DNA from: Clostridia bacterium
Lineage (GTDB): Bacteria; Bacillota; Clostridia; Oscillospirales; CAG-272
NCBI GenBank assembly: GCA_017410065.1
Contig: JAFQRL010000032.1
Location: 1,027-65,026, forward strand
DNA: 64,000 nucleotides
Direction: 5' to 3'
Shown here: positions 1-8,627 of the stretch, one piece after another
Layout: each line of letters begins with the position of its first letter
Numbering within the stretch: position 1 is the stretch's first letter
Notes under the pieces: model-generated
What the model was told of the DNA's origin: nothing
The model's database searches: none
Seen by the model: the letters and a program-made list of their open reading frames with translations, nothing else
Position numbers and translations under genes: made by a program

Positions 1-1701
1 GTGCTTCTCGCGGTCTACGAATACCTTCGCCAAAACGGCTGCCGTTGGCTTATGCCCGGCGTTGACGGCGAGTTTATCCCGATGCAGGATATCAAGCCTG
101 TTAAATACCGCCATAAGCCAAGTATGCGTTATCGCGGCTGGTGCAACGAGGGCTCGGAGTCTCAGCAGTGTATGCTTGACGCCATAGAGTTCCTCCCCAA
201 GGTGGGTATGAACGTATTTATGATGGAGTTCAGAATACCCTCAGGCTATTACAGACGCTACTATAACCACCTTAATAACGAGGCAAACCGACCCGAGGAG
301 CCCGTATCCAACGAAACGGTCCTCGCCTGGAAGAGAATGTGCGAGGCGGAGCTTTCGCGCCGTGGCTTACAGTTCCACGATATCGGCCACGGCTGGACGG
401 TCGACCCCTTCGGAATCGACTCCTCCCTCCACAAATGGGACGGCGACAACGAGGACAAAATCCCCCCCGAATCAAGAAAGTATCTCGCTCTCTTAAACGG
501 CGAAAGAAAGCTTTATTCCTGCACGCCGAACCTCACCAATTTCTGTATGTCCAACGAAGAAGCGCGCAAAATATTCGTCCGCTACGTTGCCGACTACGCA
601 GAGCATCACGGAAACTCAGACTACCTCCACGTCTGGCTTGCCGACGGCTTCAATAAGCATTGCGAGTGCGAATCCTGTCAAAGCCGCACGACATCCGATT
701 GGTATATTATCCTTCTGAACGAGCTTGACGAGGAGCTGACTGCAAGAGCTCTACCGACACGCATAGTTTTCATCGCATATAACGACACAGTTTGGGCACC
801 GCTGACCGAGAGGATCAAGAATACGAAAAGATTTTCTCTGCTCACGGCTCCCATCACAAGAAAATACACCGAAACCCTTTCCAAAAGCACAGAGGACACC
901 GAATGTGTGCCGTACGTCAGAAATAAAAACGTGTTGCCGCGCTCTCTCGAATCGTCCATAGCTTATTTCAATAAATGGAAGGAGATGTGGAACGGAGCAA
1001 ATCTCACATACGAATATCACTTCTGGCGTCATCAGTATTTAGACGTTTCGGGCACCGCCCTTGCAAGGCGTATAAACGAGGATATCAAGGCGTATTACGA
1101 CGTTGGCATGAGCGGTATTATCGAGGACGGCTCCCAGCGCTCCTTCTTCCCCACGGGTCTCCCCTTCTACACCTACGCAAGAACGCTCTATGACGTGTCG
1201 CTCTCTTACGAAGAAATACTTGAAGAGTACCTCTCCTGCGCCTTTGGCGAGGACTGGAAAGAATTCCGCGATTATCTTGATAAGCTCGGAGCCGCCTTTG
1301 ACTTCGAATATATGGAGGGTCAGCGCAGCGCAAACATCGACATTGGTCTCTACTACAATCCGAGCCACGCGGAGAGCCTTCTCTCGGTCAGGGAGATCGT
1401 AAAGGAGGGGCGCCGTCTTGTTGAGGCTCACTTCAATTCCGACTACCGCATAAGAACTGTCAGCGTAAGACTTCTCGGCGACCACGCAGACTACGCGGAG
1501 ATGCTTTGCGAGGCGGTTGCCGCCAAGGCTCTCGGCAAGGACGACGAGGCAGACGCACTCTTTTCGAAGCTCAAGCTTGAATTCGGCAAGCGTGAGGTAT
1601 ACATCGAGCCCTACTACGATCAGGGTCTCGTTGGCTATTCTCTTGACAAGATCTTCGAGCGCCGCTCAAATCTTGAGCCCATAATCGTGCTTGATAACTG
1701 A
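1..1701 (+). CDS. DUF4838-like putative glycoside hydrolase, paralog 1 (5' end cut by window edge)
   Basis: Open from base 1. Aligns from about residue 88 of the three downstream paralogs (VLLAVYEYLRQNGCRWLMPGVDGE). Shares the RYRGWCNEG, HDIGHG, NFCMS and HVWLxD..HCECxxC motifs. Confidence 0.85.
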   Translation: MLLAVYEYLRQNGCRWLMPGVDGEFIPMQDIKPVKYRHKPSMRYRGWCNEGSESQQCMLDAIEFLPKVGMNVFMMEFRIPSGYYRRYYNHLNNEANRPEEPVSNETVLAWKRMCEAELSRRGLQFHDIGHGWTVDPFGIDSSLHKWDGDNEDKIPPESRKYLALLNGERKLYSCTPNLTNFCMSNEEARKIFVRYVADYAEHHGNSDYLHVWLADGFNKHCECESCQSRTTSDWYIILLNELDEELTARALPTRIVFIAYNDTVWAPLTERIKNTKRFSLLTAPITRKYTETLSKSTEDTECVPYVRNKNVLPRSLESSIAYFNKWKEMWNGANLTYEYHFWRHQYLDVSGTALARRINEDIKAYYDVGMSGIIEDGSQRSFFPTGLPFYTYARTLYDVSLSYEEILEEYLSCAFGEDWKEFRDYLDKLGAAFDFEYMEGQRSANIDIGLYYNPSHAESLLSVREIVKEGRRLVEAHFNSDYRIRTVSVRLLGDHADYAEMLCEAVAAKALGKDDEADALFSKLKLEFGKREVYIEPYYDQGLVGYSLDKIFERRSNLEPIIVLDN

Positions 1702-1959
1702 TCCTCCGCTCCAAAGAGAGCAAAAGGACACAGCTTATAATACAGGAAGTTCGCACCTGTCGGCTTGCCAGCAAGTGCGAACGACTGTATTTCAAGGAAT
1801 GTACGAAAATCACCGATTTTCGTTGTGATGCCGTAAGGCAGCACAGTTGCTTTCACCCACTAGTGAAAGCAACGGCACATATATTACAATATCTGTTTGA
1901 TCCACACCTTTGATTTACTTTGAGCACAGCTTATAGGATTTATGAAAGGAGCTTAAACT

Positions 1960-3924
1960 ATGCTTAAAATAAATAAGCTTATATCCGCCTCCGCGGTTGA
2001 CTACGCCGCCGAGGAATTGAAAAAATACCTTCGTATGATGATGCCCGAGGGAGGCGACGTTGAGATCGCCTACGACCCCGAGGCAAAGTGTGGCTTCCGT
2101 CTCGGACTTATGCAGGAGCTCGGACTTGATATTTCCGACGCCGAGGACGCAGAGCTTGACGATATTTTATATATCGACTGCGATAAGGAAGGCGGCATCA
2201 TCGCGGGAGACAACCCTCGCTCGGTGCTTCTCGCGGTTTATGAATACCTCCGTCAGATGGGCTGCCGTTGGCTTATGCCGGGCGTGGACGGCGAATATAT
2301 CCCGATGAAGGATATCGAGCCTGTGAAATACCGCCACAAGCCATCTATGAGATACAGAGGCTGGTGCAACGAGGGCACCGAATTTCAGCAGTGTATGCTT
2401 GATGCTATCGAGCTTGCTCCAAAGCTCGGCCTCAACGTATTTATGCTTGAATTCAGAATTCCCTCGGGCTACTACACCCGCTATTACGAGCACAAATTCA
2501 ACGAAAACAACCGCCCTCCCGAGCCTATCACCACCGAGCAGATAATTCGCTGGAAGGTACAGTGCGAGGCAGAAATACAGAAGCGCGGTCTAGAGTTCCA
2601 TAACATCGGCCACGGCTTCACCATCGACCCCTTCAAGATCCCCGGCACCGAGCAGTATCAGATCAAGGTGGACGACAGCATCATTCCCGAGGAAACCAAA
2701 AAGCATCTTGCGCTTTTTGAGGGCAAGCGCGGCTTTATGCACGGAAGCATTATCAACACCAACTTCTGTATGTCAAGCGAGGAGGCGAGGAGGATAGTCG
2801 TCTCCGACGTGGTCGACTACGCCGAGCATCATTCAAACACCGACTATCTTCACGTCTGGCTCTCGGACGGACAGAACTGCCATTGCGAGTGCGCCGAGTG
2901 CGCGAAGATGACCCCCTCCGATTGGTATATGGTGCTGATGAACGAGATAGACGAGGCACTCACCGCAAAGGGACTTCCCACCCGAATCGTGTTTATTGCC
3001 TACGTTGACTCCACCTGGGCACCCGAAAAGATCAGGATCAAAAACCCCGAAAGATTTGCCCTTCTTATTGCGCCCATCACACGCACCTACACCGAGACTC
3101 TCCCAGAGAAGAAGTCGGATATCGTCCTTCGCCCCTACGAAAGAAACAAGCTGACCTTCCCGAGAAGCCTTGAGGAATACCTCGCGTATTTCGATAAGTG
3201 GAAGGAGGTCTGGAGCGGCTCAAATATTACCTATGAATACCACTTCTGGCGTCAGCACTTCTATGAGGTCTCGGGCATCCTTCTCGCTCGCCGTATAAAC
3301 GAGGACGTTAAATGCTATATAGAAAACGGTCTTTCGGGAATCATCGAGGACGCATCCCAGCGCGCCTTCTTCCCCACGGGTCTTGCCTTCTACACCTACG
3401 CAAGATCTATGTTTGACGCAAGCCTCACCTCCGAGGAGCTTGAGGAGGAGTTCTTCTCTGCCGCCTTCGGCAAGGATTGGAAGCTTTTCAGAGATTATCT
3501 TCTTGAGCTTTCCAAAGCCATCCCCTATACCTACACCTCTCAAAGATTCAATCTTCAGAGCAAGACCTCACCCTATTACCGCCCCGACCTTGTTCCCACC
3601 ATAAAGAGCACTCACGAGGTGATCGAGCGCGGCAGAGCACTTATCAAGGAGCATTACGACTCTGATATCAGAGTGCAGACGGTTGCGGTTAGAGTGCTTG
3701 AAGCCCACACGATTTATGCGGAAAGCCTTGCTCTCGCTCTTGAGGCAAAGGCTGTTGGCGACGATGATCGCGCAAGCGAGCTTTTCGTTGAAATGATGGA
3801 TAAGATGGGCAAGCTTGAAGCAAAGATCGAAAGATACTACGACTTCACTCAATGCCGCTTCGCGCTTCAGCAGATCTTCAATTCCAAAACCGTAAAGCCT
3901 CAAAACGAGATACAGGACAACTGA
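1960..3924 (+). CDS. DUF4838-like putative glycoside hydrolase, paralog 2
   Basis: 654-aa ORF with RBS gaaaggag 8 nt upstream of the ATG. Carries the HCECAEC (CxCxxC) motif and a TIM-barrel-like RYRGWCNEG/HNIGHG core. The DUF4838 assignment is from memory of the family motif. Confidence 0.85.
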   Translation: MLKINKLISASAVDYAAEELKKYLRMMMPEGGDVEIAYDPEAKCGFRLGLMQELGLDISDAEDAELDDILYIDCDKEGGIIAGDNPRSVLLAVYEYLRQMGCRWLMPGVDGEYIPMKDIEPVKYRHKPSMRYRGWCNEGTEFQQCMLDAIELAPKLGLNVFMLEFRIPSGYYTRYYEHKFNENNRPPEPITTEQIIRWKVQCEAEIQKRGLEFHNIGHGFTIDPFKIPGTEQYQIKVDDSIIPEETKKHLALFEGKRGFMHGSIINTNFCMSSEEARRIVVSDVVDYAEHHSNTDYLHVWLSDGQNCHCECAECAKMTPSDWYMVLMNEIDEALTAKGLPTRIVFIAYVDSTWAPEKIRIKNPERFALLIAPITRTYTETLPEKKSDIVLRPYERNKLTFPRSLEEYLAYFDKWKEVWSGSNITYEYHFWRQHFYEVSGILLARRINEDVKCYIENGLSGIIEDASQRAFFPTGLAFYTYARSMFDASLTSEELEEEFFSAAFGKDWKLFRDYLLELSKAIPYTYTSQRFNLQSKTSPYYRPDLVPTIKSTHEVIERGRALIKEHYDSDIRVQTVAVRVLEAHTIYAESLALALEAKAVGDDDRASELFVEMMDKMGKLEAKIERYYDFTQCRFALQQIFNSKTVKPQNEIQDN

Positions 3925-4104
3925 TAGCATATCCTTAATATCCCCACAGATCTCAAAGCATTGTCTATCACCAATATTATTGCAAAGCACCCAAAAATCG
4001 GCAAAATGCAAAGCTATATTTACATATTTGCAAAATTTGCGATATGGTGCGATAGATAAATCGCCGAATAAACGGCAAAGCGCAAAAGAAATAAAGGAGT
4101 TTAT

Positions 4105-6060
4105 ATGCTCAAAATTAATAAACTCATTTCGGCCTCTCCCATAGATTTTGCGGCAGAGGAATTAAAAAAATATCTTCGCATGATGATGCCCGAGGGCGGC
4201 GACATTGAGATCGCCTACGACCCCGAGGCAAAGAGCGGCTTTCGCCTTGGACTTATGCAGGACCTCGGACTTGATATTTCCGACGCCGAGGACACAGAGC
4301 TTGACGATATTCTCTATATCGACTGCGATAAGGAGGGCGGCATCATCGCGGGCTCAAACCCTCGCTCGGTGCTCCTCGCGGTCTACGAATACCTTCGCCA
4401 AAACGGTTGCCGTTGGCTTATGCCGGGCGTGGACGGTGAATATATCCCGATGAAGGATATAGAGCCTGTGAAATACCGCCACAAGCCCTCTATGAGATAC
4501 AGAGGCTGGTGCAACGAAGGCGCGGAATATCAGCAGTCTATGCTTGAAACCATAGATTTTTCTCCCAAGGTCGGAAACAACGTCTATATGATGGAGTTTA
4601 AGGTGCCGCCGTATTACCGCAACTACTACGGTCATTACCAAAACGAAGAAAACCGCGCCTCTGAGCACGTCACCGACAGACAGATAGTTCAGTGGAAGCG
4701 GCAATGCGAGGCAGAGATCGCAAAGCGCGGTCTAGAGTTCCACGATATCGGCCACGGCTTCAACATAGATCCCTTCGGCATACGTTCCGCGGTGGGCTGG
4801 TCTTCGGTTGACGAGTCTGCCATCACAGACGAGCAAAGGCGTCATCTTGCTATGATCAACGGCAAGCGCGGCTTGTATTTCGGCAAGCCAACAAACACGA
4901 ACTTCTGTATGTCAAATCCCGATTCCCGCAGAATAGTTACGCAATACGTTGCCGACTATGCCGAAGCTCACAGCAATATAGATTATCTCCACGTTTGGCT
5001 TGCAGACGCATACCACAATCATTGCGAATGCGCCGAGTGCCGAAAGAAAACTCCCTCGGATTGGTATATGGTTTTAATGAATGATATCGACAAAGCACTT
5101 GAGGAGCGCAACCTCCAAACTCGCATAGTCTTTATCGTGTACGTGGATACGACCTGGGCACCGATCACCGAAAGAATAAAAAATCCCAAAAGATTTTCAA
5201 TACTTCTCGCCCCCATTTCAAGAAGCTATCTCGAAACGCTCCCCGAGGGCGACCCGAAGCCCGAGATCAAGCCCTTTGTTCTTAACAAAACTCCCCTGCC
5301 CGCAACTCTTGCGGAATATTTCGCCCATTTTGCAGGCTGGCGTGAATTCTGGCACGGCTCGGCTTTCGCCTATGAATATCACTTCTGGTGGCACCTCGTC
5401 TCGGACGTTGGAGGAATTTCTCTTTCAAGAAGGATAAGCGAGGATATCAGAGCATACGAGGATCACAAGGTGAACGGAATAGTTGAGGACGGCACCCAGC
5501 GTGCCTTCTTCCCCACAGGTCTTGTGTTCTACACCTACGCGCGAACTCTTTTCGACGCCTCCCTCTCCCCCGAGGACGTCGCAAAGGAATATTTCTCCGC
5601 GGCATTCGGCGAGGACGGCGAGCTCTTCCGCTCCTACCTTGAGAAGATCGGAGACCTGTTTGACGTTAAATATATGGAGGGCAAGCTCTCCGCAAACGAA
5701 GAAATCTGCGCTTTCTATAACCCCGCTATGTCTGATAAGCTTGCCTCGGCAGAGAAGCTTTTCGCCGAGGGCGAGGAGCTTATAAAAAGCCATTACAATT
5801 CGGACTGTCGCGTGAGAACGGTTTCCGTCCGCTTGCTTGAATTCCACCTTGAATATTGCAGAGCTCTTGCAAAAATTCTGGAGCGCAAGGCGGTGGGAGA
5901 CGACGGCGGCGCAAGCGAGCTTCTTAATAAATTCAGGTGCGAGCTGGGTCGCCGCGAGGCGGAATATCAGCTCTACTACGACCACAACCTGCATTTCAAC
6001 AGAATAAGAAGGATCGTCGAGTTTACAAAAACCAACCGCACAGATCATACTCAAATTTAA
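4105..6060 (+). CDS. DUF4838-like putative glycoside hydrolase, paralog 3
   Basis: 651-aa ORF with RBS aaaggag. Same motif set as paralog 2, and the N-terminal 90 aa are nearly identical. Confidence 0.85.
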   Translation: MLKINKLISASPIDFAAEELKKYLRMMMPEGGDIEIAYDPEAKSGFRLGLMQDLGLDISDAEDTELDDILYIDCDKEGGIIAGSNPRSVLLAVYEYLRQNGCRWLMPGVDGEYIPMKDIEPVKYRHKPSMRYRGWCNEGAEYQQSMLETIDFSPKVGNNVYMMEFKVPPYYRNYYGHYQNEENRASEHVTDRQIVQWKRQCEAEIAKRGLEFHDIGHGFNIDPFGIRSAVGWSSVDESAITDEQRRHLAMINGKRGLYFGKPTNTNFCMSNPDSRRIVTQYVADYAEAHSNIDYLHVWLADAYHNHCECAECRKKTPSDWYMVLMNDIDKALEERNLQTRIVFIVYVDTTWAPITERIKNPKRFSILLAPISRSYLETLPEGDPKPEIKPFVLNKTPLPATLAEYFAHFAGWREFWHGSAFAYEYHFWWHLVSDVGGISLSRRISEDIRAYEDHKVNGIVEDGTQRAFFPTGLVFYTYARTLFDASLSPEDVAKEYFSAAFGEDGELFRSYLEKIGDLFDVKYMEGKLSANEEICAFYNPAMSDKLASAEKLFAEGEELIKSHYNSDCRVRTVSVRLLEFHLEYCRALAKILERKAVGDDGGASELLNKFRCELGRREAEYQLYYDHNLHFNRIRRIVEFTKTNRTDHTQI

Positions 6061-6133
6061 TATCGCGGCAAAGCGGCGTTGAATTCAGCAGTTCGCCGGT
6101 CGTACCGACGCTCGGGTCAGGAGAATTCTTAAA

Positions 6134-6253
6134 ATGCTTATAATCAATAAACTAATATCCACCTCCGCGGTAGATTACGCCGCCGAGGAATTGAAAAAAT
6201 ACCTTCGTATGATGATGCCCGAGGGCGGCGACATAAAGATCGCCTCGGTTTAA
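6134..6253 (+). pseudogene. Truncated N-terminal relic of a DUF4838-like paralog (39 codons then TAA)
   Basis: Encodes MLIINKLISTSAVDYAAEELKKYLRMMMPEGGDIKIASV*. It is a nucleotide-level copy of the first ~110 nt of the paralogs. The 5' half is closest to the 1960 copy. The 3' half (atgatgcccgagggcggcgacataaagatc) is identical to the 6343 copy. Confidence 0.8.
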
Positions 6254-6342
6254 GCAAAACAGCGGTATCCCCCTGTGCCGAGCAGTCGGCTTAATAAAAA
6301 ACTAAAATATTAAAAAACACATAAAGAAAGCAGGTAAAGGCA

Positions 6343-8301
6343 ATGCTTAAAATCAACAAGATCACATCCTCAAACGTGGTTGACTACGCGGCAGAGGAGC
6401 TTAAGAAGTATCTCCGAATGATGATGCCCGAGGGCGGCGACATAAAGATCACCTACGCCCCCGAGGCACTTGACGGCTTCCGTCTCGGTCTTATGCAGGA
6501 CTTCGGACTTGACGTCTCCGACGTCAGCGACCCCGAGCTTGACGACCTTCTCTATATCGACTGCGACAAGAACGGCGGTATCATTGCAGGCGGCAACCCT
6601 CGCTCGGTGCTTCTCGCGGTTTACGAGTACCTCCGTCAAAACGGCTGTATATGGCTCTTCCCCGGTGTGGACGGCGAGTATATCCCTATGAAGGAAAACG
6701 AGCCCGTTAAATATCGCTTTGCCCCCTCCTGCCGTTACAGAGGACAGTGCAACGAGGGCGCAGAGTTCCAGCAGTCTATGATGGCATCTATCGAGTTTAT
6801 GCCCAAGATCGGTATGAACACCTTTATGATCGAATTCAAGAACCCTCACACCTATTACAGCTGGTATTACGACCACACAAGAAACGCAAGCCGCCCTGCC
6901 GAGCCCATCTCCTTTGACACCGCTCTCCAATGGAAGAGAATGTGCGAGACCGAGCTTGCAAAGCGCGGAATGATGTTCCACGATATCGGCCACGGCTTCA
7001 ACGTCGATCCCTTCGGCATCGACTCCACCCACGCCTGGAACAAGGTTGACGACAGCCTCATTCCCGACGATCAGAGAAAATACCTTGCCGAGATCGCGGG
7101 TAAGCGCAAGTTCTATCGCGATCAGCCCATCAACACCCAGTTCTGTATGTCCAACCCCGAGGCGCGCACGATGGTTGCGAAATACGTTGCCGAGTACGCC
7201 GAAAAGCACTCCAATATCGACTATCTCCACGTTTGGCTCGGAGACGACGCAAACAACCATTGCGAGTGCGAGGAGTGCCGCAAGAAGCTCCCCTCCGACT
7301 GGTATATACTTCTTATGAACGAGATCGACGAGGAGCTCACCAAGAAGAATCTCGCCACCCGCGTGGTGTTTATCGTTTACATAGACACCGTTTGGGCACC
7401 CCTCGTTCACAAGATCGAAAAGCCCGAAAGATTCTCCGCAATGATAGCTCCCATTCAGCGCAGCTACACCAAAACTCTCCCCGGGCTCGCAGAGGACTTC
7501 AAGCTTGAGCCCTTCAATCTCAATAAAAACGTCTTCCCGAGGGATCTTTCCATCTTCCTTGAATATTATAAGGAGTGGCAAAAGATGTGGAAGGGCGCGA
7601 CCTTCTGCTATGAATATCACTTCTGGCGCCATCAGGCTTGCGAGCTTTCGGGTACGGTGCTCGCAAAGCGCATAATCGAGGACGTGCGCGCATATAAGGC
7701 TAATGATATCAACGGCCTTATTGAGGACGGCTCCCAGCGCTCCTACTTCCCCAACGGCTTCGCCTTCTACACCTATGCAAGAATACTCTTTGATACCTCC
7801 CTCACCTACGAGCAGATCGCAGAGGAATATTATTCTCACGCATACGGCGCAGATTGGAAGATATTCCTTGATTACTTTGAGAGGCTCGGCGAGGCACTTG
7901 ACCAGGGCTATCTTGAGGGCGAAAAATCCTCCAACCCCGAGATCAGCGCATATTACAGGCCCGAGTATCTTGAAAACCTTAACAGAGCAGAGGCTATTCT
8001 CGCAGAGGGCGAGGAGCTCGTTAAGAGCCACTATAACTCCGACGAGAGAGTGCAGACCGTCTCCGTGAGACTTATGGAAAAGCACATCGAATATTGCCGC
8101 GGCTTCATCGAGATCTTCCGCCACAAGGCTATCGGAGACGACGACGGCGCAAGAAAGATCTTCGTTGACTTCTGCAACAGCTTCGGTGCTCACGAGCCCG
8201 AGATCGAGCTTTGGTACGACCACCTTATCTACACCTCCAACCTTCGCCGCATCATCGAGTTCCACCCAAGCCAGAAGCCTAACGAGGTAACTCAGCTTTG
8301 A
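6343..8301 (+). CDS. DUF4838-like putative glycoside hydrolase, paralog 4
   Basis: 652-aa ORF with the same motif set (HCECEEC) but more diverged than paralogs 1-3. Followed by a strong terminator. Confidence 0.85.
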   Translation: MLKINKITSSNVVDYAAEELKKYLRMMMPEGGDIKITYAPEALDGFRLGLMQDFGLDVSDVSDPELDDLLYIDCDKNGGIIAGGNPRSVLLAVYEYLRQNGCIWLFPGVDGEYIPMKENEPVKYRFAPSCRYRGQCNEGAEFQQSMMASIEFMPKIGMNTFMIEFKNPHTYYSWYYDHTRNASRPAEPISFDTALQWKRMCETELAKRGMMFHDIGHGFNVDPFGIDSTHAWNKVDDSLIPDDQRKYLAEIAGKRKFYRDQPINTQFCMSNPEARTMVAKYVAEYAEKHSNIDYLHVWLGDDANNHCECEECRKKLPSDWYILLMNEIDEELTKKNLATRVVFIVYIDTVWAPLVHKIEKPERFSAMIAPIQRSYTKTLPGLAEDFKLEPFNLNKNVFPRDLSIFLEYYKEWQKMWKGATFCYEYHFWRHQACELSGTVLAKRIIEDVRAYKANDINGLIEDGSQRSYFPNGFAFYTYARILFDTSLTYEQIAEEYYSHAYGADWKIFLDYFERLGEALDQGYLEGEKSSNPEISAYYRPEYLENLNRAEAILAEGEELVKSHYNSDERVQTVSVRLMEKHIEYCRGFIEIFRHKAIGDDDGARKIFVDFCNSFGAHEPEIELWYDHLIYTSNLRRIIEFHPSQKPNEVTQL

Positions 8302-8345
8302 TATTTGGCTGATAGGTAATTTTTCAGATCATTATTAAATAAAGA

Positions 8346-8382
8346 GGACGGGGAGTTGAAAACTCCCCGTCCTTTGGCTTTT
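8346..8382 (+). terminator. Rho-independent terminator after the paralog cluster
   Basis: GGACGGGGAGT-tgaaa-ACTCCCCGTCC hairpin followed by TTTGGCTTTT. Confidence 0.8.
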
Positions 8383-8480
8383 GGTGGATAGCCCACACTC
8401 TCCTTGATTTTCCCCTTCCCTTCACTTTTATAAAAGTCAATTTTGAACAACGCGAGAAGGAAACAGAGCAGTTTCCGTTA

Positions 8481-8509
8481 TTTACTTCGTTATATGCTTT
8501 TGATATAAT
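8481..8509 (+). promoter_or_regulatory. Candidate sigma-A promoter for the fucosidase gene
   Basis: TTTACT, 17-nt spacer, TGaTATAAT (extended -10), about 120 nt upstream of ATG 8628. Confidence 0.4.
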
Positions 8510-8627
8510 AAACGTAGCTGATGTCGGCGCAGATCGGCGGGATATTCCTATAAATCAAGCCTTGTCGGCAAGCAGCTTGCAAAAAGAACGGCACATAAGA
8601 AAAAACATTTTTATCAGGAGAACAATT

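Noticed and set aside
6370-8265. 631-aa ORF on the minus strand
   Set aside because: It is exactly antisense to DUF4838 paralog 4. It has a low-complexity V/G/A/L-rich translation, no RBS and no recognisable motifs. It is a mirror-frame artefact of GC3-rich codon usage.
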